Shown in pieces: positions 49,861-59,355 of a stretch of 64,000 nucleotides of DNA. Position 1 is the stretch's first letter; every line of letters starts with the position of its first letter. The translations under genes and the position numbers were made by a program. Origin of the DNA: Polyangia bacterium (GTDB taxonomy: Bacteria; Myxococcota_A; Polyangia; JAAYKL01). The DNA is taken from NCBI GenBank assembly GCA_050287845.1, contig JBNKCR010000030.1, positions 1-64,000 on the forward strand. Direction: 5' to 3'. The notes beneath the pieces are model-generated. The model had not been told where the DNA came from. It saw only the letters and a program-made list of their open reading frames with translations, and made no database searches.

Positions 49861-50553
49861 ATGTTTCACAGATATTTTAAAGGCAAAAATCGTTTGGGGT
49901 TCCTTGAAGGCGTTCCCCTGGCATTTGTTTGGCGATATTGCTGTCATTCGCTCATGCTGCTGCTCAGCATTCTGGGCGAAGGGGTGCCGGCCGCCACACT
50001 GAATGATCGAATTATCTCCATCGTCCCGCTGGTCCCCACCATCGCCAGATACAACTACCACGCATGGGTGGTCCTGTATGTACCCATCGCCGCCTGGCTC
50101 TGGAAAACCGACCGCCGCCGATTCGTTGAATTTCTGTATGCCGGCGGAGTGGTCAGTCTGCTTCGGGGAATCTCCATCTTTGTGACCTCGCTTGGCCCGG
50201 TAAACGGACGGGACATCAACGCCGGCAAACCAGTATCAGAACTGATTTCCGGCTGGCTGCAGATAATCAATCCGCTTTCCGCACTGACCACCGATGCCGC
50301 TCATCTGTATCTGACCAAAGATCTTTTTTTCTCCGGGCACACCGCGTCCACCTTTCTGCTGCTTCTATACTGCTGGAAATTCCCCCGCCTGCGCGTCACC
50401 GCGCTGGTGGCCCATGTGCTGGTTGTGGCCATCGTCTTTCTCAGTCACCTGCATTATTCCATTGATGTCATCGGTGGATGGGCCGTTACTTTCTGCGTAT
50501 TCGTTGTCGCCGAACAGTTTTATGCCAAAAAGCGCCAGCCAGTCACAAAATAA
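49861..50553 (+). CDS. PAP2-superfamily membrane protein, sphingomyelin-synthase-like
   Basis: DLFFSGHT and HLHYSIDV motifs; multiple TM helices; start uncertain. Confidence 0.8.
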   Translation: MFHRYFKGKNRLGFLEGVPLAFVWRYCCHSLMLLLSILGEGVPAATLNDRIISIVPLVPTIARYNYHAWVVLYVPIAAWLWKTDRRRFVEFLYAGGVVSLLRGISIFVTSLGPVNGRDINAGKPVSELISGWLQIINPLSALTTDAAHLYLTKDLFFSGHTASTFLLLLYCWKFPRLRVTALVAHVLVVAIVFLSHLHYSIDVIGGWAVTFCVFVVAEQFYAKKRQPVTK

Positions 50554-50600
50554 TCTAAAACTGTTTGCCAACAGACCGGATTTTGTTAAAAAAATACGCC

Positions 50601-51257
50601 ATGAGAGTAAAACATTTATTTTTATTATTGGTCGTGCCGCTGTTTCTGTCCTGCAAAGGCGGTGCATCTGAAAACACTGCAACAGAGAAATCCGACGCAG
50701 CCGCGTCGCTTCCCAGAGAGTGCCCGGACACATACACCGTCAAACTGGAAACCACCAAAGGCGACATTCTCATCGACGTACACAAGGATTGGGCACCGAA
50801 GGGGGCACAGCAATTCTGGGAGCTGGTGACCAGCGGATACTATACAGACATCGCTTTCTTCCGGGTCATCGAAGGATTCATCGCCCAGGCCGGCATTCAC
50901 GGCAATCCCGATACCAATAAAAAATGGCGCGAAAAGAAAATCGCGGATGATCCGGTAAAACAGGGCAACGCCAAAGGCACCGTCACATTTGCCATGGCCG
51001 GTCCCGGAACCCGGACCACTCAATTTTTTGTGAACTTCAAGGACAATCACCAGCTCGACAACATGGGCTTTGCCGCATTTGGCAAAGTGCGGGACCTGAA
51101 AGTGGTCGAAGCGCTCCACGCCGGATACGGAGAAGGCGCTCCCCGGGGCAGAGGCCCGTCCCAGATGTTGATGCAGACCAAAGGCAACGAATATCTCAAG
51201 TCGAGTTTTCCTCAGCTCGACTACATCAAAACCGCCTCCATCGTTGAGTCCAAATAG
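50601..51257 (+). CDS. Cyclophilin-type peptidyl-prolyl isomerase lipoprotein
   Basis: Lipobox FLSC; FFRVIEGFIAQ, TTQFFVN, FGKV. Confidence 0.93.
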   Translation: MRVKHLFLLLVVPLFLSCKGGASENTATEKSDAAASLPRECPDTYTVKLETTKGDILIDVHKDWAPKGAQQFWELVTSGYYTDIAFFRVIEGFIAQAGIHGNPDTNKKWREKKIADDPVKQGNAKGTVTFAMAGPGTRTTQFFVNFKDNHQLDNMGFAAFGKVRDLKVVEALHAGYGEGAPRGRGPSQMLMQTKGNEYLKSSFPQLDYIKTASIVESK

Positions 51258-51529
51258 TCTCAGACAACTCTGAATTCGTATTTCAGGCCAGGTTTCCCTC
51301 ATCCCCCATGTGCACCCATCCATGTGCAACCGAAGGAAGGGTCTGCGCGCACAGGCCACTCCAGGTGCACGCGTCCTGCCCACATGAAGTGCATCGACTT
51401 CCACACAAAGGCAACCGCCAGGGTACACCCACGACATTGCACAGCGATTTGATTGCCCGGTCCAGAGGAAAGTGGACGCGCTATCCGCTCTGGTGCAGTT
51501 TGAAAATGTAAGGAATTCCGACTGGGGAA

Positions 51530-53179
51530 TCAGGCGCCGAGTTTAAGGGTTTCGGTGATGGCGTCACAGATTTCGGTTGGGCCAAAATACTGAATCGCGC
51601 CGGGATACCGGTACGCCTCTTCTTTTGCCCAATGCTCGCGGTTGTCGGCGAATGCCTTGAACGCCGGTCCATTCAGGTCCACCAGTGCTTTCTGAATCAC
51701 CGGTTTGTCCTGTCCATGGCGTCTTTCAATGTTCATGAGCATCGAGGTGGGGATGCCGCCCGCTTCCCAGTTTTCCACGCCGTTTTTCAGGTTGCTCACC
51801 GAAGAAATGTATCCGGTCAGATTGTTCTGCGCCAGCACTGCCGCCGAGAAGCCCAGGGAATAGGCATAGTCCGAATCAAAGTTCGACGGATGAGCGCAGC
51901 GCCCTTCATATCCGAAGAAATGATTCAGGGCTTTGAACTTCCCTTTGTATGCGTCCCGGGTTTCCATTTCTCTGGCCACCATTTCAATCAGCATTTTTTC
52001 GGTTTCAATCAGCGATACCTGCACGTTGCCATGGGGGTCCCGGTCGAGCAGCAGCTGCGCCTGAATTCCAGGAGGCAGTTCGGCGAGCACCGCACTGCTC
52101 TGGGCCGTCAGTTTCTTTGAAATGATGGCCACTTTATCTTCCACCCTGGGGGCGGCTTCCACTTCGGCTTCAATACCCACCAGCGCATCATTGAGTTCTT
52201 TAATCAGCGCCTTCATCTCGGGAATGAACTCCACCAGACCTTCGGGAATCAGCGCGATGCCAAATTTTTTGCCGGCTCTGGCGCGAAGCTCCACCACATC
52301 CGCAATCTCCTTGACCACCTGGGCCAGGGTCATCTGACGGGCTTCCACTTCTTCAGAAATGAGGCAGACGTTGGGGCGGGTCTGCAACGCGCACTCCAGG
52401 CCGATGTGGGAGGCGCTTCGGCCCATCAATTTAATGAAGTGCCAGTATTTCTTGGCGGAATTGGCATCCCGGGCGATGTTGCCAATGAGCGCGGCGTAGG
52501 TTTTGGCGGCGGTATCAAACCCGAAGGGGGTTTCGATGTACTGATTTTTCAGGTCGCCATCAATGGTCTTGGGGCACCCGATGACGGAACAGGGTACGTT
52601 GTTGGTCTTGAAATATTCAGCCAGCACCGCTGCATTGGTATTGGAATCGTCACCGCCGATAATCACAATGGCATCCAGTTTGTTGGCTTTGACCACTTCA
52701 ATACTGGCGTTGAACTGATCTTCCTCTTCCAGTTTCGTCCGACCGGAACCGATGATATCGAAACCACCGGAGTTCCGGTAATCATCAATGATAGCATCAT
52801 CAATTTCGATGAACTTTCCATCCACCAGTCCACCGGGACCGCCCAGGAATCCAAGGACACGGCTTTCGCTGCTGGCCGATTTCACGCCATCATAAATACC
52901 GGCAATCACGTTATGGCCACCAGGGGCCTGTCCACCGGAGAGCACCACGCCCACCGCCAGCGGACGAACATTCGTGGCGTCACCGGATTTGAATTTCACC
53001 ACCGGGGCGCCATAGGTGCCGGGAAACAGCGCCTTGATTTTTTCCTGGTCCGAAATGGACTGGGTGGCTTCGCCTTTTTCCACCACCACGCCCTTGAGAC
53101 CGTTTCGCAGTGAAACCGGTGTTTTGGGAATATAATCATTGGCTCTTGCATTACAGAGTGTTGAACGAGTCAGGGGCAT
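51530..53179 (-). CDS. pfp: Pyrophosphate-dependent phosphofructokinase (long type)
   Basis: SGGQAPGG, GGDDSNTN, PKTIDGD, MGRSASH, GYEGR; GGAGG RBS. Confidence 0.96.
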   Translation of the reverse strand: MPLTRSTLCNARANDYIPKTPVSLRNGLKGVVVEKGEATQSISDQEKIKALFPGTYGAPVVKFKSGDATNVRPLAVGVVLSGGQAPGGHNVIAGIYDGVKSASSESRVLGFLGGPGGLVDGKFIEIDDAIIDDYRNSGGFDIIGSGRTKLEEEDQFNASIEVVKANKLDAIVIIGGDDSNTNAAVLAEYFKTNNVPCSVIGCPKTIDGDLKNQYIETPFGFDTAAKTYAALIGNIARDANSAKKYWHFIKLMGRSASHIGLECALQTRPNVCLISEEVEARQMTLAQVVKEIADVVELRARAGKKFGIALIPEGLVEFIPEMKALIKELNDALVGIEAEVEAAPRVEDKVAIISKKLTAQSSAVLAELPPGIQAQLLLDRDPHGNVQVSLIETEKMLIEMVAREMETRDAYKGKFKALNHFFGYEGRCAHPSNFDSDYAYSLGFSAAVLAQNNLTGYISSVSNLKNGVENWEAGGIPTSMLMNIERRHGQDKPVIQKALVDLNGPAFKAFADNREHWAKEEAYRYPGAIQYFGPTEICDAITETLKLGA

Positions 53180-53467
53180 TGGACACCTCCTCCATACTTT
53201 GAACGTTATCGGTTATTCTTTCAGTTATTGTGCTCCAGAACCTGGGTAACATTTACACTCGCATATATCGGCGAGACACACGTCCGCCAAACGGCGACGC
53301 TACTGTAAAACAATGAGTCTGAATTTCAACTTTAAAACGAAGTTTACAAAGGGCAAATCCGCCTGCGTGGCCCAAATCCCGCCGTTCCGTGCATTACCCT
53401 GCGGTTTGCCTGTTTCCCGCAATACTGCACCTTGTATCCCGGCGGAATTAATAGTATGCCTTCTGTC

Positions 53468-54259
53468 ATGATTCACATTGGAACGAGCGGATACTCATAC
53501 GCCGACTGGAAAGGAACATTCTATCCTGAATCATTACCCGCGAACCGCTTTCTGTCGTATTACGCAGAACATTTCAGCGCCGTGGAGCTCAATTTCAGCT
53601 ACTATCGGATGCCTACGGCAGCGCAACTGGAAACCATGGTCAGGATAACCAACGGAAAGCTGATGTTTGCGGTGAAGGCCCATCAGGGATTCACCCATCA
53701 GCGGACACCCACCGCATCGGATTTTCAGTCTTTTTCGGATGCGCTTTCACCGCTGATGAACGCGGGCTGTCTTGGCGCCGTCCTGCTACAGTTTCCCCAC
53801 TCCTTTCATCAGAATCAGCAGAACCGCAACTATATCAGCCACCTTTCAGAGCAAATGCCATTTCCCCTGGTGGCGGAGTTTCGACATGCCGACTGGGCGA
53901 CCACCCCCATCTTCAACTGGCTCTCCAGACTGAATATCGGATATTGCTGTGTGGACGAGCCCGCACTGCCCGGACTCATGCCACCAACCCGCGTCTGTAC
54001 ATCGCGAACCGCTTATGTTCGATTTCATGGCAGAAATCACCAGAAATGGTATGCACACAATCATGCCTTTGAAAGATACGATTACAAATATCGCGCCGCC
54101 GAATTGCAGGAATGGATTGCGCCCATAACCACACTCGAAAAGCAATCCGACCGCACCCTCGTCTTTTTCAACAACCACTTTCAGGCAAAGGCTGTTGACA
54201 GCGCCAGGCAATTGTCCAATATGCTCCATGAGTGGATGGAAATTCAACGGAAGGACTAG
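53468..54259 (+). CDS. DUF72-family protein
   Basis: IGTSGYSY, VELNFSYY, EFRH, YVRFHGRN, FFNNH. Confidence 0.93.
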   Translation: MIHIGTSGYSYADWKGTFYPESLPANRFLSYYAEHFSAVELNFSYYRMPTAAQLETMVRITNGKLMFAVKAHQGFTHQRTPTASDFQSFSDALSPLMNAGCLGAVLLQFPHSFHQNQQNRNYISHLSEQMPFPLVAEFRHADWATTPIFNWLSRLNIGYCCVDEPALPGLMPPTRVCTSRTAYVRFHGRNHQKWYAHNHAFERYDYKYRAAELQEWIAPITTLEKQSDRTLVFFNNHFQAKAVDSARQLSNMLHEWMEIQRKD

Positions 54260-54263
54260 ACAT

Positions 54264-54812
54264 ATGGACTTGAAGAGTGGACCACAAAACACCGAAGAAA
54301 CATTGAAGCTCGCCTTCGAGTATGCGGCGAGTCAGCAACTTTCATCCGTGGTTGTCGCCTCCACAAGCGGGGAAACCGGAGTCACGGCTTGCAGGCTCAA
54401 GCCCGACAGCATTCCCCGATTGATCATCGTTTCACACAACACCGGTTTCCGAAGCCCCGGCGTGCAGCAGATGGCACTGGAATACAAAGAGAAGATCCTG
54501 GCTCACGGCGCCATCATCCATACCGGCACACTGGTTCTCCGCGGCATCGGCTCTGCCATTCGCAACCGCATGCATTACAGCGAAGAGCAGTTGGTCGCGG
54601 AAACCCTGCGCCTGTTCGGACAGGGTGTAAAAGTGTGTGCCGAAATGGCGGCCATGACCAGCGACGCCGGACTGGTGGGCCACGAAGACGCCGTGTTTGT
54701 TGGAGGAACCGCCCGAGGTGCCGATACTGCCGTACATATCACACCGGCGCCTTCCAATGATTTCTTCAAAATGAAGATTCGCAAAGTACTCTGCAAACCG
54801 TTTGCGTATTAG
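54264..54812 (+). CDS. Stand-alone pyruvate-kinase C-terminal alpha/beta domain protein (MTH1675-like)
   Basis: GPQNTEETL, VVASTSGETG, GQGVKVCAE, GGTARGADTA. Confidence 0.85.
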   Translation: MDLKSGPQNTEETLKLAFEYAASQQLSSVVVASTSGETGVTACRLKPDSIPRLIIVSHNTGFRSPGVQQMALEYKEKILAHGAIIHTGTLVLRGIGSAIRNRMHYSEEQLVAETLRLFGQGVKVCAEMAAMTSDAGLVGHEDAVFVGGTARGADTAVHITPAPSNDFFKMKIRKVLCKPFAY

Positions 54813-54835
54813 CGGCTCTGTGAACCATCATTCCC

Positions 54836-55084
54836 ATGAACATCTGCTTTAATCGCCGCATGGTCCAATGGGTCCTATTCTATGCGGCCTGCATCCCTGC
54901 CAGCCCATCCTGTGTCGTTTCCGCCAATATACCCGGGCCCTGCCAGATTCGGATTCAGCAATGCGAAGATAATTGCAGCACTTTTTCTTTGCATCATTCC
55001 GATGCCGCATCATCCCCTCCGTCGCAAGTCAATGCTTCACAGCAGCGCCGATGTCTGGCGGATTGCAACACCATCTGCCATTGA
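54836..55084 (+). CDS. Small Cys-rich hypothetical, possibly exported
   Basis: Hydrophobic N-terminus; C-x6-C-x3-C and C-x3-C-x3-C clusters. Confidence 0.45.
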   Translation: MNICFNRRMVQWVLFYAACIPASPSCVVSANIPGPCQIRIQQCEDNCSTFSLHHSDAASSPPSQVNASQQRRCLADCNTICH

Positions 55085-55174
55085 GTCTTTCCAACCCATC
55101 ACCGAACCTCACATTGCCACAAATAGCGCCTCTCCATATTGACTCAGGCCATTCACGTATCCATAATTGGGACA

Positions 55175-55426
55175 ATGAGTTCACGCATCCAAAAAGCAAT
55201 AAAAACCGCTTTTACCATTGCATTGCCTGTGCTTCTGGCAGCCGGCAATCTGTCATGCACCACGGTATCCGTCCGCCAGACAATGAAAGAGTATAGCATC
55301 ATCGTGAAGCCGGGAAAAAATCTGAGGCCCCAGACCTACGAAACCGGAGAAGGCGAGACCAATTATCTCAATACCGAGCCGACCAGGGGAAATGGGCTGA
55401 TGATCATCATCCGGGGAAAACTCTGA
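55175..55426 (+). CDS. Small hypothetical lipoprotein
   Basis: Basic N-terminus, hydrophobic stretch, NLSC lipobox-like site. Confidence 0.5.
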   Translation: MSSRIQKAIKTAFTIALPVLLAAGNLSCTTVSVRQTMKEYSIIVKPGKNLRPQTYETGEGETNYLNTEPTRGNGLMIIIRGKL

Positions 55427-55463
55427 TTCAAATGGAACCAACTGAAAACGAAAGCAATATTCT

Positions 55464-55940
55464 ATGACACTCAGTAAATTAATTGGCCATCAGGCCCCTG
55501 CATTCAAATTAAAGAATCACGAAGGCATAGAACGGACCAACCGGGACTATCTTGGAAAATGGCTTATTCTTTATTTTTATCCCAAAGACAACACCCCCGG
55601 ATGCACCACCGAAGCCCTGGCGTTTACCGAATTGAAAACAGAATTTTCAAAAAGGGATGCCGTTGTTGTTGGCGTCAGTCCTGACTCTGTCGCCTCTCAT
55701 CAAAAATTCACTCATAAAAAATCGCTGAACGTGGAACTACTCAGTGATACCGAGAAGAGCGCCGCGGAGGCATTCGGGGTATGGCAACTGAAAAAGATGG
55801 CCGGCAGAGAATACATGGGCGTCGTCAGAACCACGTTTGTGATCAGTCCTGACGGAATCGTGAAAGAGGTTTTCGAAAAAGTAAAAGTAAACGGTCACGT
55901 CGAAGCGGTATTCAGCCGGCTCTGTCTTCTATCAGAATGA
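55464..55940 (+). CDS. bcp: Peroxiredoxin, BCP/PrxQ family
   Basis: YFYPKDNTPGCTTEA, GVSPDS, RTTFVI. Confidence 0.93.
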   Translation: MTLSKLIGHQAPAFKLKNHEGIERTNRDYLGKWLILYFYPKDNTPGCTTEALAFTELKTEFSKRDAVVVGVSPDSVASHQKFTHKKSLNVELLSDTEKSAAEAFGVWQLKKMAGREYMGVVRTTFVISPDGIVKEVFEKVKVNGHVEAVFSRLCLLSE

Positions 55941-56335
55941 AGACCCTGAAATATTCGAGTATCGCCATTTCCGCGATCGCATCAGTGTCGTCGGCCTATC
56001 TGGTGTACAATGAGATTTTTTCCCCCCCGTTTTGCCCCCAACTTCTTGGTATACCCGCCTGTTTTCCCGTGCTGATACTATATCTCGTTACGTTGATACT
56101 CGCATTCCAGCGCAATGTGCGAAGCCACGTGATGTATTTTATCAGCGCCGGTACGGGCCTTGGCATTGCCATCTGGTTTTCAGTGCAATCCCTGAGCGGG
56201 GCTGCCCAATGTCCCACTCTTTTTTCCATCCCCATCCCGCTATGCTACGCCTCCTTTTTCACCTTTCTGATATTGATATTATTGAGGCGAATGACAACGG
56301 GAAACCGAAACAGAGAACAATCCATTCGGCAGTGA
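55937..56335 (+). CDS. Four-TM membrane protein with two CP...IP.C motifs
   Basis: ATGA overlap with the bcp stop; FCPQLLGIPAC and QCPTLFSIPIPLC. Confidence 0.7.
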   Translation: MKTLKYSSIAISAIASVSSAYLVYNEIFSPPFCPQLLGIPACFPVLILYLVTLILAFQRNVRSHVMYFISAGTGLGIAIWFSVQSLSGAAQCPTLFSIPIPLCYASFFTFLILILLRRMTTGNRNREQSIRQ

Positions 56336-56407
56336 GTTCATTGAAGTTACCCGAATTGTCGTCACACTGTAGGAGGGAAGAAGTAACGCAGTGTGCACGA
56401 GTCGGGA

Positions 56408-57046
56408 TTAAAAAATTCGCTCCGGAACAAAAATAATATCACCGGGATTCAGAATGAAGTCCGGCCGCTTTCCTTCGCCGATTTCCTCCACCGGAAGCAT
56501 AAAATTCTGTTTCTCACCATTCGAAAGTCGGGTCACCATCGTGTTTTCGGTTTTGGCCATCGGCGTGAAACCACCGGCCAGAGAAATTGCCTGCACCACT
56601 CCCATGCCGTCCTGCCATGGAAACGTCCCCGGTTTATTCACCTGGCCAAAAACAGACACCTTTTTACTGCTGTACTCTTTTACCAGAATAGACACCTGCG
56701 GTTGCTTGAGAAAATCGCCCTCTTTCAACCTGGTCTCAATCAAAGCCCGCACTTCATTTGGTGTGAGGCCGACAACCGATATTTGCCCAATCAAAGGAAA
56801 ATCAATAGTGCCATCAGAGGCCACCCGATAGGTTGAACTCAGTTCTTTTTCATTGAAAACCCGCACATCAAAAACATCGCCGGTCCCCAGCGTTGTGTCC
56901 TGCACAGGCACCACATTCGTTACTGGGGCTGTGGTTTTCGGCTTCGTCTGGGTCAGCTGTCCGCATGTACAGGTCAGTAACGCCAACCCGCATAGAACCG
57001 TTGGTAGAAATACCCATCTGGTGAATCTGAATCCCACAGAAGACAT
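56408..57046 (-). CDS. Short OPX/Wza-family polysaccharide export lipoprotein
   Basis: LGTGD, DGTIDFPLIG, VFGQVNKPG, AGGFT, LNPGDIIFVPE; no C-terminal membrane helix. Confidence 0.92.
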   Translation of the reverse strand: MSSVGFRFTRWVFLPTVLCGLALLTCTCGQLTQTKPKTTAPVTNVVPVQDTTLGTGDVFDVRVFNEKELSSTYRVASDGTIDFPLIGQISVVGLTPNEVRALIETRLKEGDFLKQPQVSILVKEYSSKKVSVFGQVNKPGTFPWQDGMGVVQAISLAGGFTPMAKTENTMVTRLSNGEKQNFMLPVEEIGEGKRPDFILNPGDIIFVPERIF

Positions 57047-57059
57047 TGTACCCAATTTC

Positions 57060-58418
57060 CTAATAATGCCCACGTACGCCAACAAAAATTTCCAACTTAG
57101 AGAAAGCCGCGTATGTGATCGTCGGTTCCGCCCCTGCACTGTTACTGGCCGGTTCATACAGATAGGAAAAATCTGTAACATCTTTCCACAATTTCAACGA
57201 GAGATGAAACGATAGCCAATCCGACGCCCGGACCTCTCCCAGAAGACCGGCGCTAATCCAAATATCTTCGCGGTCTTCAGTGTTCGCTGTAGTTCTACCT
57301 TCAGACGATTCAATGACCCCCAAGTTATGGGAATAGATTCGTTTGTACACACTGCCATCCAGAGAAAGCTGCACTCTGCCGGCAAAAATTCGCTCAAAAC
57401 TCAGATACCCGCCGTTCATGACGTAGTAATTGGCGTAGAATGAATCAACAAAGTCCCGTTTGACACCAATCGTCGCGTGCGCTGAATGCCCGATGTACAG
57501 CATCAGCGCACCGTCACCGATCATTCCCTCGAAGTTCGGCCCATACTCATAGAAACCAGCGCCATACCCCACCAATGCCCGGAAACCGAATTTCTCCAGA
57601 ATCAGGCCCTGTGCACCAATCCAGCTACGAAGGGGGTAAGAATCCACATTCTGGGCGAGATTTCCAAAATAGACTGTTGGCCTGAACATCACATTTGATA
57701 TTAACGCCGTTTTGGGCAAAATTTTCCAGCTCGTCAATACAGAAGCTTCATGGGAGAACCGATTTGAATTCACGCCGATTTGCTTATCGTCGAACACCAG
57801 CAAATCCAGTCTGTACTTCGGTTCGATTGTCAGAGTTCCTCCCCCTGGCATGAACCGCATCGAAACCATGGGAACAATGCTGTGTTTTCCCTGTGCGTCC
57901 GAAGCGCTCTCATAGGGTTCCAACGTTTTGATGTACGTCAGCCCACCGGAAAGGGATACCTTGCGCTCCGGATAAAGTGTGAAATTCAAGTGACTGTCAA
58001 AACCAAATGGATTGTATTTGCTGTTGAAATCCCGTATTTTCTCATCATCCCGTGCAAAATACCGATCGTAGAAAGTCGCAAGTCCAAATCTGAAAATCAG
58101 TTTCTGGGGCGCGGCGCCAACCGAATCGTCAATCGTTTGCATCCGTTGCACCGGCCTTGTGGCAATATCCAGATAAGGGGTAATCCGAAAACGACCTGCT
58201 GGAACCGGGTCATGGGAATAGGTCGCATTGGAATCGAATCCGAGCTCTCCGCCAACGCCAAAATGGAGAACCAGCGATTTTCCCAATTTTACCCCGGGGC
58301 CTTCGCGGCTTTCCCGGTCAGCCAACCATAATTGAGCATCAGCTGTTTTAACGAATGTAAATAGGACAAGAATTGTCAGAATTCCGGGAATGAAAATACG
58401 CATACGTTTGATACCCAC
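57060..58418 (-). CDS. Outer-membrane beta-barrel, probable OPX partner
   Basis: Signal peptide, alternating beta-strands, GFDSN, C-terminal Tyr; adjacent to the short OPX. Alternative ATG at 58403. Confidence 0.8.
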   Translation of the reverse strand: MGIKRMRIFIPGILTILVLFTFVKTADAQLWLADRESREGPGVKLGKSLVLHFGVGGELGFDSNATYSHDPVPAGRFRITPYLDIATRPVQRMQTIDDSVGAAPQKLIFRFGLATFYDRYFARDDEKIRDFNSKYNPFGFDSHLNFTLYPERKVSLSGGLTYIKTLEPYESASDAQGKHSIVPMVSMRFMPGGGTLTIEPKYRLDLLVFDDKQIGVNSNRFSHEASVLTSWKILPKTALISNVMFRPTVYFGNLAQNVDSYPLRSWIGAQGLILEKFGFRALVGYGAGFYEYGPNFEGMIGDGALMLYIGHSAHATIGVKRDFVDSFYANYYVMNGGYLSFERIFAGRVQLSLDGSVYKRIYSHNLGVIESSEGRTTANTEDREDIWISAGLLGEVRASDWLSFHLSLKLWKDVTDFSYLYEPASNSAGAEPTITYAAFSKLEIFVGVRGHY

Positions 58419-58468
58419 AATTATCGTAGTTGATGTTCATATCCCGAAAGCCGTGCATACGTATCCGT

Positions 58469-59056
58469 TTAACGAAATCCACTGGCTACAGTCGGTCGAA
58501 CCGTCGGTTCAGGTGTAAAGATTTCCTGTTCTGGCGTCGTCGCCTCTTCAGTAGTAATTTCTTCACTCACACTTACTTCAGACTCTGTCGCCCCAATCAC
58601 AATGTCACTGTTGCCAACACAGGTATCCGCCTGCACCCGAAGACCATTCAATTTGTTAAGACTCACCTGCACAATCACAAAATGATGTCTGGCCGCACCT
58701 GAATCCTGCGATTTCAATGCAGAATGCAAAGAAATCATTCGCGATTCAATACTTTTCATCAGCGCCTGAATCTGAGTCAGTTTGTCGTCTATACAAAGGA
58801 TTTTGACAGTATCCTTTTCTTTTCGAGCTGTTTCCATCATGGAACGAACAAATATTTCCACATACTTTGATTTTTCAATCTGCTGCTGAGAATAACTGAG
58901 CATCTGCTCTTCTGGAATATCATCGCGCATCTCAACAGTCGCATCGTTCTCATTCCGTTCACCGCCTTCGGCGCCAGAAACAATAGCACTGCCTGGTGCG
59001 ATGCACAGGAAAACCGCAGCGAATAGTACCTTCTTCCATTTTTTTACACGATCCAT
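58469..59056 (-). CDS. Secreted helical hypothetical protein with two Cys in the mature part
   Basis: Signal peptide; KDTVKILCIDDKL...ADTCVG; acidic Pro/Thr tail. Confidence 0.8.
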   Translation of the reverse strand: MDRVKKWKKVLFAAVFLCIAPGSAIVSGAEGGERNENDATVEMRDDIPEEQMLSYSQQQIEKSKYVEIFVRSMMETARKEKDTVKILCIDDKLTQIQALMKSIESRMISLHSALKSQDSGAARHHFVIVQVSLNKLNGLRVQADTCVGNSDIVIGATESEVSVSEEITTEEATTPEQEIFTPEPTVRPTVASGFR

Positions 59057-59355
59057 TTATACCTCTGCCATTTGTTCATATTCCAGATGAAAAATCAATT
59101 ATATATCTCTTTACTAACCAATTCTCCAAATCTTCCGTTACTGTTATTCATCAGATTCATCCGCGGGTCCCCCCGAAAGTCAAACACTTGCCAATAAATT
59201 GTAATGCGTAACGGTTTTGTACGCAATCGCCGACAATCATATCGTGTTATGCCATTAAGATACAGCACAATCGTATAATTCCGTAAATAGACATTTCCAG
59301 ACAACTCACTGTTGCCTTTTCAGTTGGCAATAAAATTGATAATCGCTGTATCAGC

